The notes under the pieces are model-generated. The model ran no database searches. It had not been told where the DNA came from and worked only from the letters and a program-made list of their open reading frames with translations. From Phoronis australis (lineage: Eukaryota > Animalia > Phoronida), in NCBI GenBank assembly GCA_002633005.1, contig NMRA01000270.1, forward strand, positions 208,345-272,344: a DNA stretch of 64,000 nucleotides, written 5' to 3'. The translations under genes were made by a program, and so were the position numbers. How positions within the stretch are numbered: position 1 is the stretch's first letter; every line of letters starts with the position of its first letter. Below are positions 37,501-48,545 of the stretch, in pieces.

Positions 37501-39787
37501 CGTTTACCTGGTCGCAAGTGGACTCGAGGATGTGTCAGGAAAATAGAAAGTCAACATTTTACTGTACCTTCTTGGATCAGATGGCGTCAAACTATACAAC
37601 ACGTTTGATTTGTCGGCGAAATAGAAATTTAAATTAGACGTCGCGGTAATGGCACATTTTAACAAACATTATGGCCATGTGAAATACCGCAATATTGGCT
37701 GACAAGGTTTTTAGAACGTGCGCGCACAGAGTCGAAAAAATAAGAAATGGGGGGCTCGAATTTTTGAGAATGTGAACCTTTTACTAAAAAGAAAAACGGG
37801 GTACGTTCAGGGCTATGAATTGTGCATTCACTGAATTTTGGTAGTTCCTGCCTTTTTAGTGGACCTTTGTATTGTTTTCTACTTTTTTCGGACTTTTTGT
37901 TTTTCTGAGGCAGACCTTTTTGCCCACTTCACCAAGGGGGTTGGCACTCATTCGATCCCCCCGAGCCACCCCCCTGGGTGCGCATGCAGATCTTAAGCAT
38001 TGTACAAAGGGATGGGACTATGGTGATAGAGAGGACACATTTACTTGAGACAGCATTCTCAATGGGGTCCACGACAGTCACATCAAATTGAAGCTCCTAG
38101 ACTTGGAAGTAGATGACTACACTTTGGAAAATGAGATCAAAATTTGCAACGCCAGTGAACTGTTTCAACAGTATAGCTGTCCCATGGAAACTGCTGATTT
38201 ATCACGGAATATATCACATCGATAACTCCCCACTTAGCCACACCATTTCGTAACTTTGCGTCATGAATCAGCAATTGCTGTCTATCCGTAATTCATTGTA
38301 TAATTCCGTACTGCATGTGACCTTGAACGTACGCATGGGCTTTTTGGGAAGATTTTTGTGCTTTGACCGTGAATTTGTTGCGAACTCGCTGAAGCAGGAC
38401 ACCGTAAATAGTATTTGAAGAAAGAACAATTGCTAATGCTTTGTTGAATCCTAGCTGTTTTGTGTAAATTTACTGAGTTTTGTGTTTTATACGGACGGCT
38501 GAAATGAAGCACCTGTGGAATTTCTAGTCCCGAGTGTCATACCTTGTAGCACAGACGTCCTCAGCTTCTGCCGGGTCGTCCCCAATACACTATATAATAC
38601 TACAAGGTATGACACTCCCGACTAGAAATTCCACAGGTGCTTCACTTCAGCCATCCATAGCAAACTCAATAAATTTACACAAAACAGAGGTTCAACAAAC
38701 CATGAGGAATTGTTCTTTCTCCCAATACCATTTACGGTGTCCTGCTTCACCCAGTTCACAAGAAATTTGCGGTCAAAGCACAAAAATCTTACCAAAAAGC
38801 CCGTCCGGAGCAACTCCTCTGTAAGTCGAAGGCCAAGGACCATACGGAATTATCCGATGAGTTACGGCAATTGCCGAGATTGTCACGATTCCGTAACTCA
38901 CCATGTCAAATCGGCAACTGCCGTTCATCCGTAAGTCATCAGATAGTACCATATCGTCTTTGACCTTCGATTTACAGAGCAGTTGCTAAGGACGGGCTTT
39001 TTGGGAAGATATTTGTGCTTTGACCGCTAATTTCTTACAAAACTGGGTGAAGCAGGACACCGTAAATGGTATTGGGAGAAAGAACAATTCCTCATGGTTT
39101 GCTGAACTTCTGTTTTGTGTAAATTTATTGAGTTTTGTGTTTGTTATGGACGGCTAAAGTGAAGCACCCGTAGAATTTCTAGTAGGGAGTGTCATACCTT
39201 GTACAAGTTGTAGTAGCACATAGTGTATATTGTGGACGATCAGAAGCTGAGGACGCCTGTGCCTTGTAGTTGAAGTATAGCGTATCATTGGGGATGATAA
39301 GAAGCTGCTGTCCCTGATTTAGACTTAGAGAGCCAGCTGAATAACTGACCCGTGGCGTTGAATATCTGACTCCAATGCAACATATGTATGTTACCCCTAG
39401 AGGCCCTAGACAGTGGTCACCGTCTCTACTGGGCCACCTAGCTAGAAAGTGTGATCACTGTCAATGTTACCGGTCCCCCCCCCCCACAGCCTTGTCGCAA
39501 ACACAGGCGCTCGAATTTCCCGATCACTCATAACCATTATAAGAAACATGTTTTCTTAGTAGTGAGTGACGTCAGTCGTGATCGAGGAACAGATAAACTC
39601 AAGCGCCTGGGCTGTGGTCGCAAACCCTACTCCAGACTAACGCCAATGACAAAAAACAGCAAATCAGTACCTCCCAAAATTCAGGCAGATTATACTTCGC
39701 GATCGTGTGGTCTAAATCAAACCCAAATGCATCACAGTCTTTAAGACACAAAACTGAATCTTTGACTTGATCAACGTCGTTTGCCAT
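28517..39787 (-). CDS. NT5DC1: 5'-nucleotidase domain-containing protein 1 (HAD family), 11 coding exons, ~455 aa
   Basis: Exons on minus: 39787-39671, 36988-36897, 36412-36341, 35502-35390, 34328-34249, 33320-33236, 32669-32495, 31767-31679, 30697-30438, 29457-29268, 28611-28517 (TAA); all GT-AG with consistent phases. Motifs: GFDLDHTIAKY (HAD motif I), RASHGT, FWKD, WLKELKKQGK..FVVTTS, FDITVSHAQKPRFF, YAQGN, VVFFGDSLRSDVFPA, WGSYF, GFYP. Confidence 0.95.
29820..29884. repeat. 31-bp direct duplication
   Basis: aacaggcattaggctcatt.tactagctgct twice. Confidence 0.75.
31403..31547 (+). mobile_element. MITE family A copy with 5-bp TSD (TGGGA) in an NT5DC1 intron
   Basis: gagtggcggattta...tagattctcccctg flanked by tggga on both sides. 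Confidence 0.8.
32718..32841. repeat. ~61-bp direct duplication
   Basis: aaacacatcaaagacaaaga..cgtatacacgtata.ag.tgaat.ctgaagaaaagtcaaa twice. Confidence 0.8.
35700..35840 (+). mobile_element. Probable LINE/SINE 3' end with (ATT)n tail
   Basis: gaataaagttt followed by an (att)n microsatellite, typical of a non-LTR retroelement 3' end. Confidence 0.4.
37717..37987 (-). mobile_element. MITE family B copy (CATGCGCGCACCCAG TIR), reverse orientation
   Basis: Reverse complement of the core ggtccgcctcagagaaac / ttcgagcccc; ends ctgggtgcgcatg. Confidence 0.7.
38549..39262. mobile_element. 714-bp foldback MITE with ~260-bp TIRs and 6-bp TSD (CTTGTA), nested in an older copy of its own terminus
   Basis: cttgta|gcacagacgtcctcagcttctg ... 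cagaagctgaggacgcctgtgc|cttgta; arms about 38549-38810 and 38990-39262; host sequence ~38245-38548 plus 39263-39310 is a diverged copy of the right end. Confidence 0.8.
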
Positions 39788-40399
39788 GATTGTAAACTCC
39801 AGCTGTAGAGATTTCTGGTAACTCGAACACCTACAGGTGGCACACTATGTGACTATGCAGCTGTCGCGACATCTAGCGTCAAAGCAGGGAACCGACCAGT
39901 CAGAAAATTTCGGAATGAACAAAAATGGCATTATTGAAATCGATTCTAATTTATTGCTTCACAAAAATCTCAAGTTCATGATTTGCTTTTGATAGAGATA
40001 GTAACATCTGTTTCCTGAGCAGGGAAGTAAATTAGGGGCGCAGTGGCGCGTCTTTTTCAAGCGTTACTATGGTTGGGGTACGCTGTCTACAGGTTAGGTA
40101 TTCACTTAGTCGTTATAACTGCACAAAACTTAACGGTTTTAGAAAATCATGTTAATGTAGTTACAAAAAAACCCGTTCTACTATACTGAACTAACTCGAT
40201 CGATTGAAATTTTCATGTTTGAGACAATTTTGTGAAGCACCGAGAAATTCTAGTCAGCTTTCAATGTCATATTTTTTACTTACTTTAAAGCGGCTATAAA
40301 CCCGCGTTATGTCGACGAAATTGACTTTTGAACTGGACCACTCATCGCTATAAAATAGGTCTAAAACTTATTATTTAGTTAGCTGATAAGTGATTTTTG

Positions 40400-41122
40400 G
40401 TCTTCAAAGTGCGTTCGACGGGGGCCATTCTTGGCACTGAGAAATGATGACAAGTCGTGTCAAGTCAACTTCTAGAGCTTTCAAATTGTCTCGGCAAACT
40501 AATAACAAACTGTCCGACGGGACTTTTCTCCACTCTTTGTGGGAATAGAGGCTTTATATATTTTCATATATTACTTCGTAGACGAAGTTGAACAGGAGGT
40601 TAAAACCTTTTGTATAACTTCGTCTACCAAGCCAATTCAGGATTCGAGCGCTGGGGCACAGTCTTAGTGGAAATACAAAAAATAGTCATCCGGCCGAGAG
40701 CACCCATCGCACCCCAGGTAACGCTCCTGACTGTTTTTGCCTTCTCGCACTTATGGCTTCTTAGTTACCCAGGTCAATATCTTGTTTTGGATTTGGTTCG
40801 AAAAAAGTAATGATTCGTCGCTGAAGACCAACCATTCTGCATTTCCCATCTTAAATCGTTTTGCAAACAATAATCTCGCCTGTTGATGCTCCCCAGAAAG
40901 AAGAGGTGCTGACCTTCTGAGGGTGTTAATTCTGTTAACCGTATTGAGCGATATACTGGTTGTCTTCAGTTTGCTTGGGGCTTCACAAGCAAAAAGACGG
41001 TTACATTCGAACCTTTTGTGTTTTGATTTTTTAATCAATCCGTCGACGTATTGCTTCAATGGACGACCCGATTTTGGAATATCCATTAACGAATCGTAAC
41101 TTTCATCTATTCTAAATGTCAC
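40400..41122 (-). pseudogene. Degenerate Tc1/mariner-type transposase remnant
   Basis: D.PKSGRP, APLLSGEHQQARLLFAK, WLVFSDES (first catalytic D) and, past a stop, VTWGAMGALG; interrupted by stops/frameshifts. Confidence 0.75.
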
Positions 41123-41978
41123 TTTTGCTCCAGTAGTTTTTGAAAATTGAAATGTCTAACAATAAGTATTAGGCACCTTTTAAAATCATCTATGAACGTT
41201 CGTTTAATAAATTTGATAAATTTTGATCCCTTTATTCTTGGAAGTTGGCGGTTGGTGAATTTTAGCAGTAAAAACAACGAGAATATGATGATAAATACCA
41301 CTTTACAGAATATTATTTGTAAAGTAGTAAATCTACAACAAAGAGTTTCTGCAAAAATTGACGTTTACTAAAATGTACACCAAAACAATATGCCGTAGAG
41401 TAGTGTGGGGCAAAATGCCCAGACTCTCACGTGGGCCCTAAACTGAACCCATGATGTGTAGCACGCGCGCAAGCGAACACTTTCATTTGACTCCTTCTCT
41501 TATCGGTAACGGCATACGTTTGATGATAATATTATGGGTTGCTACCACAACAAATTTGTAAAAAAACCTGGGACGACTCATTCTGGACAATACAGAAATG
41601 CAGCACCAGAGACTTTGAAATGAAAACATCGACTTCTAGGCCTATTAGTAGGTTGATGACTTGTTATCAGATGCAATGGCTTTCCCGGCAACGACGACAC
41701 ACTGTTATTAGAGTCACATGTTCTTGTTTCCGAAAGAAAACCGAGAACTGAAACGATTACGAGAATTATACGTTAGTCACTTTAACCTGTGGTAGCAATA
41801 TGGCTTGACATGTTACTTTATTTTTGTTATTAGTTAAACATGTTCCTGTTATATTGTTATAGGGGTATTGTGAAACTTGAGTAAATTTTTACTTTTGTTG
41901 ATAATCTACGACACGGGGCAAAACGCCTCAACTCTTGGGCATTTGGCTTGAAACCAAGCAAACTGCAAATTTGTTTTT

Positions 41979-42206
41979 CATGCACGCACCCAGGGGTGGG
42001 GTGCTCGGGGGTCCCCATTTGGCGAAATGGGTAAAAAGGTCCGCCTCAGAGAAACAAAGTCCGAAAAAACGAGACAAAAGTCCACGGCGCGAATGCACAA
42101 TTCATAGTTCTGAACGTAATTTCCCGATTTTTTAGTCCCCGTTTTTTTCGGTCCACATGTTGAAAAATTCGAGCTCCCCTATATTTTAAGGCTGGGTGCG
42201 CGCATG
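41979..42206 (+). mobile_element. MITE family B copy
   Basis: catgcacgcacccagg ... ggctgggtgcgcgcatg TIRs. Confidence 0.8.
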
Positions 42207-42377
42207 ATTTTTGTGCAAATTAGTTCATGGTAACTCAAGGAAGAAATCGAGTCATTACTAGCTAACTTCTATTTTTACAGTTCAAAGGGAAACGATTTAT
42301 GGACGTTTTTCATAAGCGAGGGCGTCTAGCTGCACCCTTCTCTACTCAGTCATGTGATTTCTCGTGGTGGTTTCCTA

Positions 42378-42778
42378 TGCTGTGCGTGAACTTGGAAACC
42401 TGCTTAATCTCAAGATCGCGTATCCGTGAACTTGGAATTGAATATTCATTTAGCCAATCAGGTGAATTTTTTTCCAGTGTAAAGAATTTTTGTCATTATT
42501 AGTCTCATGATCACCTATTTTCTCCTTGAGCGTAACTTGTGCCAATCGAAGGTTCATGTGAATGGTAAAATTGTTTGGTGAATAAGATCGGCAATAGTTG
42601 AAAAATGTTTGTTAAAATTTACGTGATTTTTTTAACATGTAATTTGATTTAGTGCAGTGCGAATTTTTGTCAACGTAAACGTGATTATTTGAGTGAACTT
42701 TTCAAGTTTCAACGTGTATTCCAAGTTCACTCATACGCGATCTTGAGATTAAGCAAGATTCCAAGTTCACTCACAGCA
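42378..42778. mobile_element. ~400-bp MITE with ~60-bp TIRs containing a repeated gtgaacttggaa motif
   Basis: tgctgtgcgtgaacttggaaacctgcttaatctcaagatcgcgtat / atacgcgatcttgagattaagcaagattccaagttcactcacagca. Confidence 0.75.
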
Positions 42779-43861
42779 ATCGTAGTTTGCATCGGTTATC
42801 ACCAGATGTCTCTGTACAAAACTCACATGACTCGATAATGTACGAGTGATAGTGGTAACATATGACTAGGTACAGAGCCCATTCCGCCTACCAATGAAAT
42901 CATGTGATTGAGTAAAAGCGGCATAAGAACAAGCACGACTCGCACCAGTCCCACTTTCATTGACTCCGCTTGTAAAGACATCAATAAAGGCGATAGAATC
43001 TCTGAACACAGGTATGTATTTTCAACCATTCTAGACGTTCGGGTATATGTAGGAAGACCTCGTACTATGTGAATGCATTTAATGTGTTAATTGTCTAGAC
43101 TCGAAACAGAAGTTGTCGGTTCCTAGGTCCGAGGTCAGCACTTCAGGGTAAGCCTGGTATATGGTTTGTCCAGTTCAAGTTGTGTTTTTTTGCGCTCACA
43201 GGCTCCGCTGACCTGTTTGTTTTGGGAAATGTTGAAGATTTTTGATACTTAGCAAATTTTACATTTAAAGTGGCTATTAACCTCAGTGGGTTCCGTCGAA
43301 GAAAGTACTACTTAGGCCGCTACAAAATTGTTGGTCTAACTTTCCCTTACTCAGACAAGGAATGATTTGTGGGCTGTGGAAGAACAAAAATTCAAGAGTG
43401 ATGCTAGTCGGCGCAATACCGGCCGGGGTGTGACAAGCTAGTTAGGTAGTTAGGAAGTAATCGAGTCTAACTGAAGCTCAAGTAGTAGGCCTAACGTTCT
43501 TCCCACAGCAACCTTCGCTGGACCCTCAGTGGGATGACTCCTAAAACTGTGCGCATTTGATAAGCAATCTCCTGTACAAATAGCTTTTAATATAATCAGT
43601 TGGAAAATGGATTTCGTATCGTCTGCTATCCTAGATTCCATTAAGCTGTTATAACATGAATTACTCAATCGGAGGACCATCCCAAAACCTTTTTTGGTTC
43701 TGACAATTCCAGGTCTCCCTGAAAAACTGCAGATTTGGAATTCTAAAACTCAAAAACTGCTGCGACTTAGCATGACTCACGTTTAGAAGACAGAGCCACA
43801 TTCACATTTTTACTTGGCGGAATTCTGGTTTTAAATATTGATATGTGCGGCCTAACTTGAC

Positions 43862-44130
43862 CATGCATGCGCGCCGACCTGGGGGGCTCGGGGGACTCGA
43901 ACGAACCCCCCCCCCATTTGGCGAAGTGGGTAAAAAGGTCCGCCTCAGAGAAACAAAAGAGTCCGAGAGAACGAGACAAAAGTCCACTAAAAAGGCGCAG
44001 ACGCACAGTTCACAGACCTGAAGGTGGTAACCCGTTTTTTTAGTCCTCAGTCCCTCTTTTTTGTTAGCAAAAGGTCCACTTTGTCAGAGATTCGAGCCCC
44101 CCCCCATATTAAAGGCTGGGTGCGCACATG
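43862..44130 (+). mobile_element. MITE family B copy with 5-bp TSD (TTGAC)
   Basis: ttgac|catgcatgcgcgcc ... ctgggtgcgcacatg|ttgac. Confidence 0.8.
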
Positions 44131-45193
44131 TTGACATAAACAAATAAGTTTTGGTTTTCAAGTTTAATATAAAAACGTATTAAAAGCTCCCAATCGGCTA
44201 AGATTGCTGAATTTTCAATTCACCCGAAAAACTTTTCAACGATCATTTTTACCACGGTAACCTTTTCACAATTTTATGTGTTGAGCATACAAATACGTTT
44301 GTCCTGCAATTGAAGCGACTTGAATTTGATAGGTGAAGTGACGATTTGAGAAAATAATTTAAATTTAAAATCTCATGACCTGGCTAAATAGCGGTAAAAA
44401 TGGACTCTTTTTCGGGCAGACTTGTTGGGCGAATATAAAATCCCAGTTTAACTAGCCCATAAAGCTGTGATATTATTTTAAGCAATGAGAACGTTGAAGA
44501 TAGTGTATGTCAAAAGATGATTGTTTCGTCTAACGAGGTCGTGACGCTTCTAATAGGTTTTGTCGGGCGAATAACAAAAATGGCGGCTAATTATTTTGGC
44601 CGACAAAATTTGTTGGGTGAGCAGCGAAAACCAGATTATTTGGCCGAAGAAACGTTACGTTGCAAATGTCGACCAATGAGATCGGTGAATGTACGAGTAT
44701 GTTAGGGTAAATAGGCTACTGAAAGCAAAAATCGGCTTAGTTGACCGACNACCGGCGGTGTGACACGCTAGTTAGGTAGTTAGGAAGTAATCGAGTCTAA
44801 GCTGAGCTCAAGTATAGTAGGCCTAACGTTCTTCCCACAGCAACCTTCGCCGGACCCTCAGTGGGATGACTCCTAAAACTGTGCGCATTTGATAAACAAT
44901 CTCCTGTACAAATAGCTTTTAATATAATCAGTTGGAAAATGGATTTCGTATCGTATGCTATCCTAGATTCCATTAAGCTGTGATAACATGAATTACTCAA
45001 TCGGAGGACCATCCCAAAACCTTTTTTGGTTCTGACAATCCCAGGTCTCCCTGAATAACTTAATTTGCGGATTTAGAATTCTAAAATTCAAAAACTGCTG
45101 CGACTTAGCATGACTCACGTTTAGAAGACAGAGCCACATTTTTACTTGGCGGAATTCTGGTTTTAAATATTGATATGTGCGGCCTAACTTGAC

Positions 45194-45457
45194 CATGCAT
45201 GCGCGCCGACCTGGGGGGCTCGGGGGACTCGAACGAACCCCCCCATTTGGCGAAGTGGGTAAAAAGGTCCGCCTCAGAGAAACAAAAGAGTCCGAGAGAA
45301 CGAGACAAAAGTCCACTAAAAAGGCGCAGACGCACAGTTCACAGACCTGAAGGTGGTAACCCGTTTTTTTAGTCCTCCCTCTTTTTTGTTAGCAAAAGGT
45401 CCACTTTGTCAGAGATTCGAGCCTCCCCCCCCATATTAAAGGCTGGGTGCGCACATG
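45194..45457 (+). mobile_element. MITE family B copy (duplicate of 43862-44130)
   Basis: Same insertion site and TSD TTGAC in the second duplicated block. Confidence 0.8.
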
Positions 45458-46404
45458 TTGACATAAACAAATAAGTTTTGGTTTTCAAGTTTAATATAAA
45501 AACGTATTAAAAGCTCCCAGTCGGCTAAGATTGCCGAATTTTCAATTCACCCGAAAAACTTTTCAACGATCATTTATACCACGGTAACCTTTTCACAATT
45601 TTATGTGTTGAGCATACAAATACGTTTGTCCTGCAATTGAAGCGACTTGAATTTGATAGGTGAAGTGACGATTTAAGAAAAGAATTTAAATTAAAAATCT
45701 CATGACCAGGCTAAATAGCGGTAAAAATGGACTCTTTTTCGGGCAGACTTGTTGGGTGAATATAAAACCCCAGTTTAACTAGCCCATAAGGCTGTGATAT
45801 TATTTTAAGCAATGAGAACGTTGAAGATAGTGGATGACTAATTATTATGGCCGACAAAATTTGTTGGGTGAGCAGCGAAAACCAGATTATTTGGCCGAAG
45901 AAACGTGACGTTGCAAATGTCGACCAATGAGATCGGTGAATGTACGAGTATGTTAGGGTAAATAGGCTACTGAAAGCAAAAATCGGCTTAGTTGACCGAC
46001 TTGTTGCGTAAATGGTGCTGGCCTAAAACGCAATTCTTTATACAAACGTGTTTGTTTTTAATATACATTATTGTATCTCGAGCCGAACGAAATGTGGAAG
46101 AACGCAAAATCTAGGAAGATGGATTAAATTTTCGCACCACCTGAATCATTCTGTTGCGATAAAACTGCACCTACTTATGAATAAGCCCGTCGGGTTCAAA
46201 TCGATTTGCAAAACCTACCGGGTCTCTTGTACTATCCTGTACGCATTTCTGATGATTGTTGTGTGTGGTATGGTTAATCCGTCAAGCTAACAGTTTAACA
46301 GTTGTAACTGTACAATTCTCTTGTCTGTCGATGTATACTTAGGCTATACTGTGACGGTTCAATAAACCCACAAAGAAAACTAATTCGTTTGAATCTTTTT
46401 AGAG

Positions 46405-47094
46405 ATGGCATACACACAAAACAGAGATAAACTCTACGTCGGGCAGATGCTGAATCACGGCGAAGAGCTTCGGTCACAGAATGGCCGATATTACGTCACC
46501 ATGCAATCAGACGGCAACTTTGTAGTATACACCGGAAGTATTCCTACATGGGCCTCCGACACTTACGGCAGTGGTTGTACACACACGATTCTACAAGAAG
46601 ACGGAAACCTCGTGACGTACACCGCACATCGTCAGCCGCGCTGGGCCAGTAACACCTGCGGTAAACGCGCTTTGTACTTAGTGATGCAAAACGACGGGAA
46701 TCTAGTTCTCTATGGACCTGATGGTCCTTTGTGGGCATCAAATACGCATCGTGAGATGGACCAACTACGTGTAAAATACGAAGAAGACCTTCGTCATGGC
46801 GACGCCCTAATTTCTAGAAACGGCCGCTTCCAAGCCATTATGCAACAGGATGGAAATTTTGTAGTGTACCAGGCAGGAAAACCAATATGGGCGTCCGACA
46901 CGCATGGTTCGGGGGCTGAAAAGGTAATCATGCAAGCTGACGGCAATGTCGTGGTTTATGCTCCCGGAAACAACCCAAAGTGGGCTAGCAACACGCACGG
47001 AAGGCAGGCCACGCATCTCATTATGCAAGATGATGGTAATCTCGTGTTGTACGATGGTAGAAATGCGCTGTGGGCGACAGGCACTAACAGATAG
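46405..47094 (+). CDS. Tandem two-domain bulb-type (GNA-related, B-lectin) mannose-binding lectin, 229 aa, no intron in CDS
   Basis: Six QxDxNxVxY motifs (QSDGNFVVY, QEDGNLVTY, QNDGNLVLY, QQDGNFVVY, QADGNVVVY, QDDGNLVLY), each followed by WAS/WAT, and two L.S.NGR(Y/F) domain starts. No signal peptide visible. A ttttAG acceptor 2 nt before the ATG suggests a 5'UTR intron. Confidence 0.93.
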   Translation: MAYTQNRDKLYVGQMLNHGEELRSQNGRYYVTMQSDGNFVVYTGSIPTWASDTYGSGCTHTILQEDGNLVTYTAHRQPRWASNTCGKRALYLVMQNDGNLVLYGPDGPLWASNTHREMDQLRVKYEEDLRHGDALISRNGRFQAIMQQDGNFVVYQAGKPIWASDTHGSGAEKVIMQADGNVVVYAPGNNPKWASNTHGRQATHLIMQDDGNLVLYDGRNALWATGTNR

Positions 47095-47240
47095 GACGGC
47101 TTCGTTTATTAGTATGCAATATGTAGACTGTAGTTGTCACGGTTAGGTGTTTTTATCATGTTTTGTATTTTTATTTTTTGCGAGATAGTGTTAATTCAAT
47201 CCGCCGCTCATTTTAGAAAGAAATTTACAGACTTTTAGTA

Positions 47241-47338
47241 TTTGTTAAATACACGACACTTTTCATTGTTCAGTCTTTATTCCGTTACGTTCGTACTTTC
47301 GAACTGTGAACAATGAAAAGTGCCGTGCATTTAACAAA
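47241..47338. repeat. Hairpin with ~32-bp arms, ~150 nt downstream of the lectin stop
   Basis: tttgttaaatacacgacacttttcattgttca / tgaacaatgaaaagtgccgtgcatttaacaaa. Confidence 0.75.
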
Positions 47339-48199
47339 CTCTGTATAACCGAGAACTTGCTCCGGAAGTACAGCCAGACTTGTAGTATTGAAACCGTCAC
47401 CTAAAAGTCAGTGCTAGTCTTGGCTTGTAGACATGGCATATATATCGGTTTAAGTTTTTGTAAAATATCAGCCTAAAACTGATGAATGTGGCGATGCTGT
47501 AGTAATTGCGCCTTTTTAATTGTGTCCCTTTTATGCTAATGTCACGTGTATATCATAACAAGTCTCGCTTCATGGCGTGAGATAAACTGGAAACTGAATG
47601 ACAAAAATGTTGGTCAGATAGCATGTCAAGGGTTTTGTTTTAACAGTTATCAGGTAGCAGACGTTCCATAATTTATGACCCGAGTTTTAAATGTGTGGAC
47701 CGTCACGTTGCACTTTTGTGCGGTCATCTTTCCAGAGTCTGGATTATTTCCGTTATTACGCCATAATAAAATGTCATTATCGCCAACACAACTCTACTTT
47801 CTATCTTAGAAACGGAGCTTCGCTGACGCACGGTCTTTGTTCATCACTGGACACATGTCGAACACACATGTCACTTCTTAAATGTAAATATAAACAGCAG
47901 TGTTGAGCGTTTAGATTCAAACGTTGACCAAGAGTTCACAAATAAATTTGGCAGCGGCCTTGCCTTCAATGGCGTCAAAGATGCAGCCTGATTTAATCGA
48001 GTGTAGCCTACCAAAAGCGAAAACATGGGTTTGATAACTAATGCAAATTACTTAAAATTTGAAACAAAAAAGAGGTTATAGAGGACAATTCATGGGAGAT
48101 AAAACTGCACTTAATGATTGTGTTAAAAACGTAAATTATACGAGTTGGTACTTCGACTAAGCTTTAATCAGGTTCCAAAATTTATTTTAATCCGTTACC

Positions 48200-48545
48200 A
48201 ATTTGTCTACAAGCATTTTAGTATAGAATTTCTCTTTTTCTTGGAATAGTTAACTCGAGCTAGTTCACGGTTTAAGTGTTTTAAGAACACTTATAGGAAT
48301 AATAAAATTTGATACTCTGAATTTTTAGGTTTTCGTTGTTATTTTTAATACTTGATGAACAATCAAGCTACTGAAAAGTTATTGTCGAAAACCAGGGCAA
48401 TGAAGAAATGAACCCTGAATTATCCATAATGTTTTTAATTGAGTGTTCCCTTTATGACGATTTAAGAGGAACTTTCAAGATAAGCTACTGGTAAGAGAGA
48501 CGATGGTTTTTGAAAGCTGAATCTTGAAAATGTATTTTCATTGTA
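48200..48545 (+). mobile_element. Decayed LINE ORF2 3' remnant
   Basis: FLIECSLYDDLR near 48433-48468 resembles the C-terminal HFLL.C..Y.DLR motif of non-LTR retrotransposon ORF2; limits approximate. Confidence 0.45.

Larger units (their letters stand above)
43418..46000. repeat. ~1.3-kb near-identical tandem duplication (43418-44749 and 44751-46000) joined at an N
   Basis: Both copies start accggc..ggtgtgaca.gctagttaggtag and end cttagttgaccgac; the junction is the n at 44750. Confidence 0.9.

Noticed and set aside
43450-45335. Duplicated small ORFs (MVLRLSNSCY..., MRLRLFSG...)
   Set aside because: They lie in the duplicated block or MITE family B, start at non-ATG codons in the track, and show no protein features.
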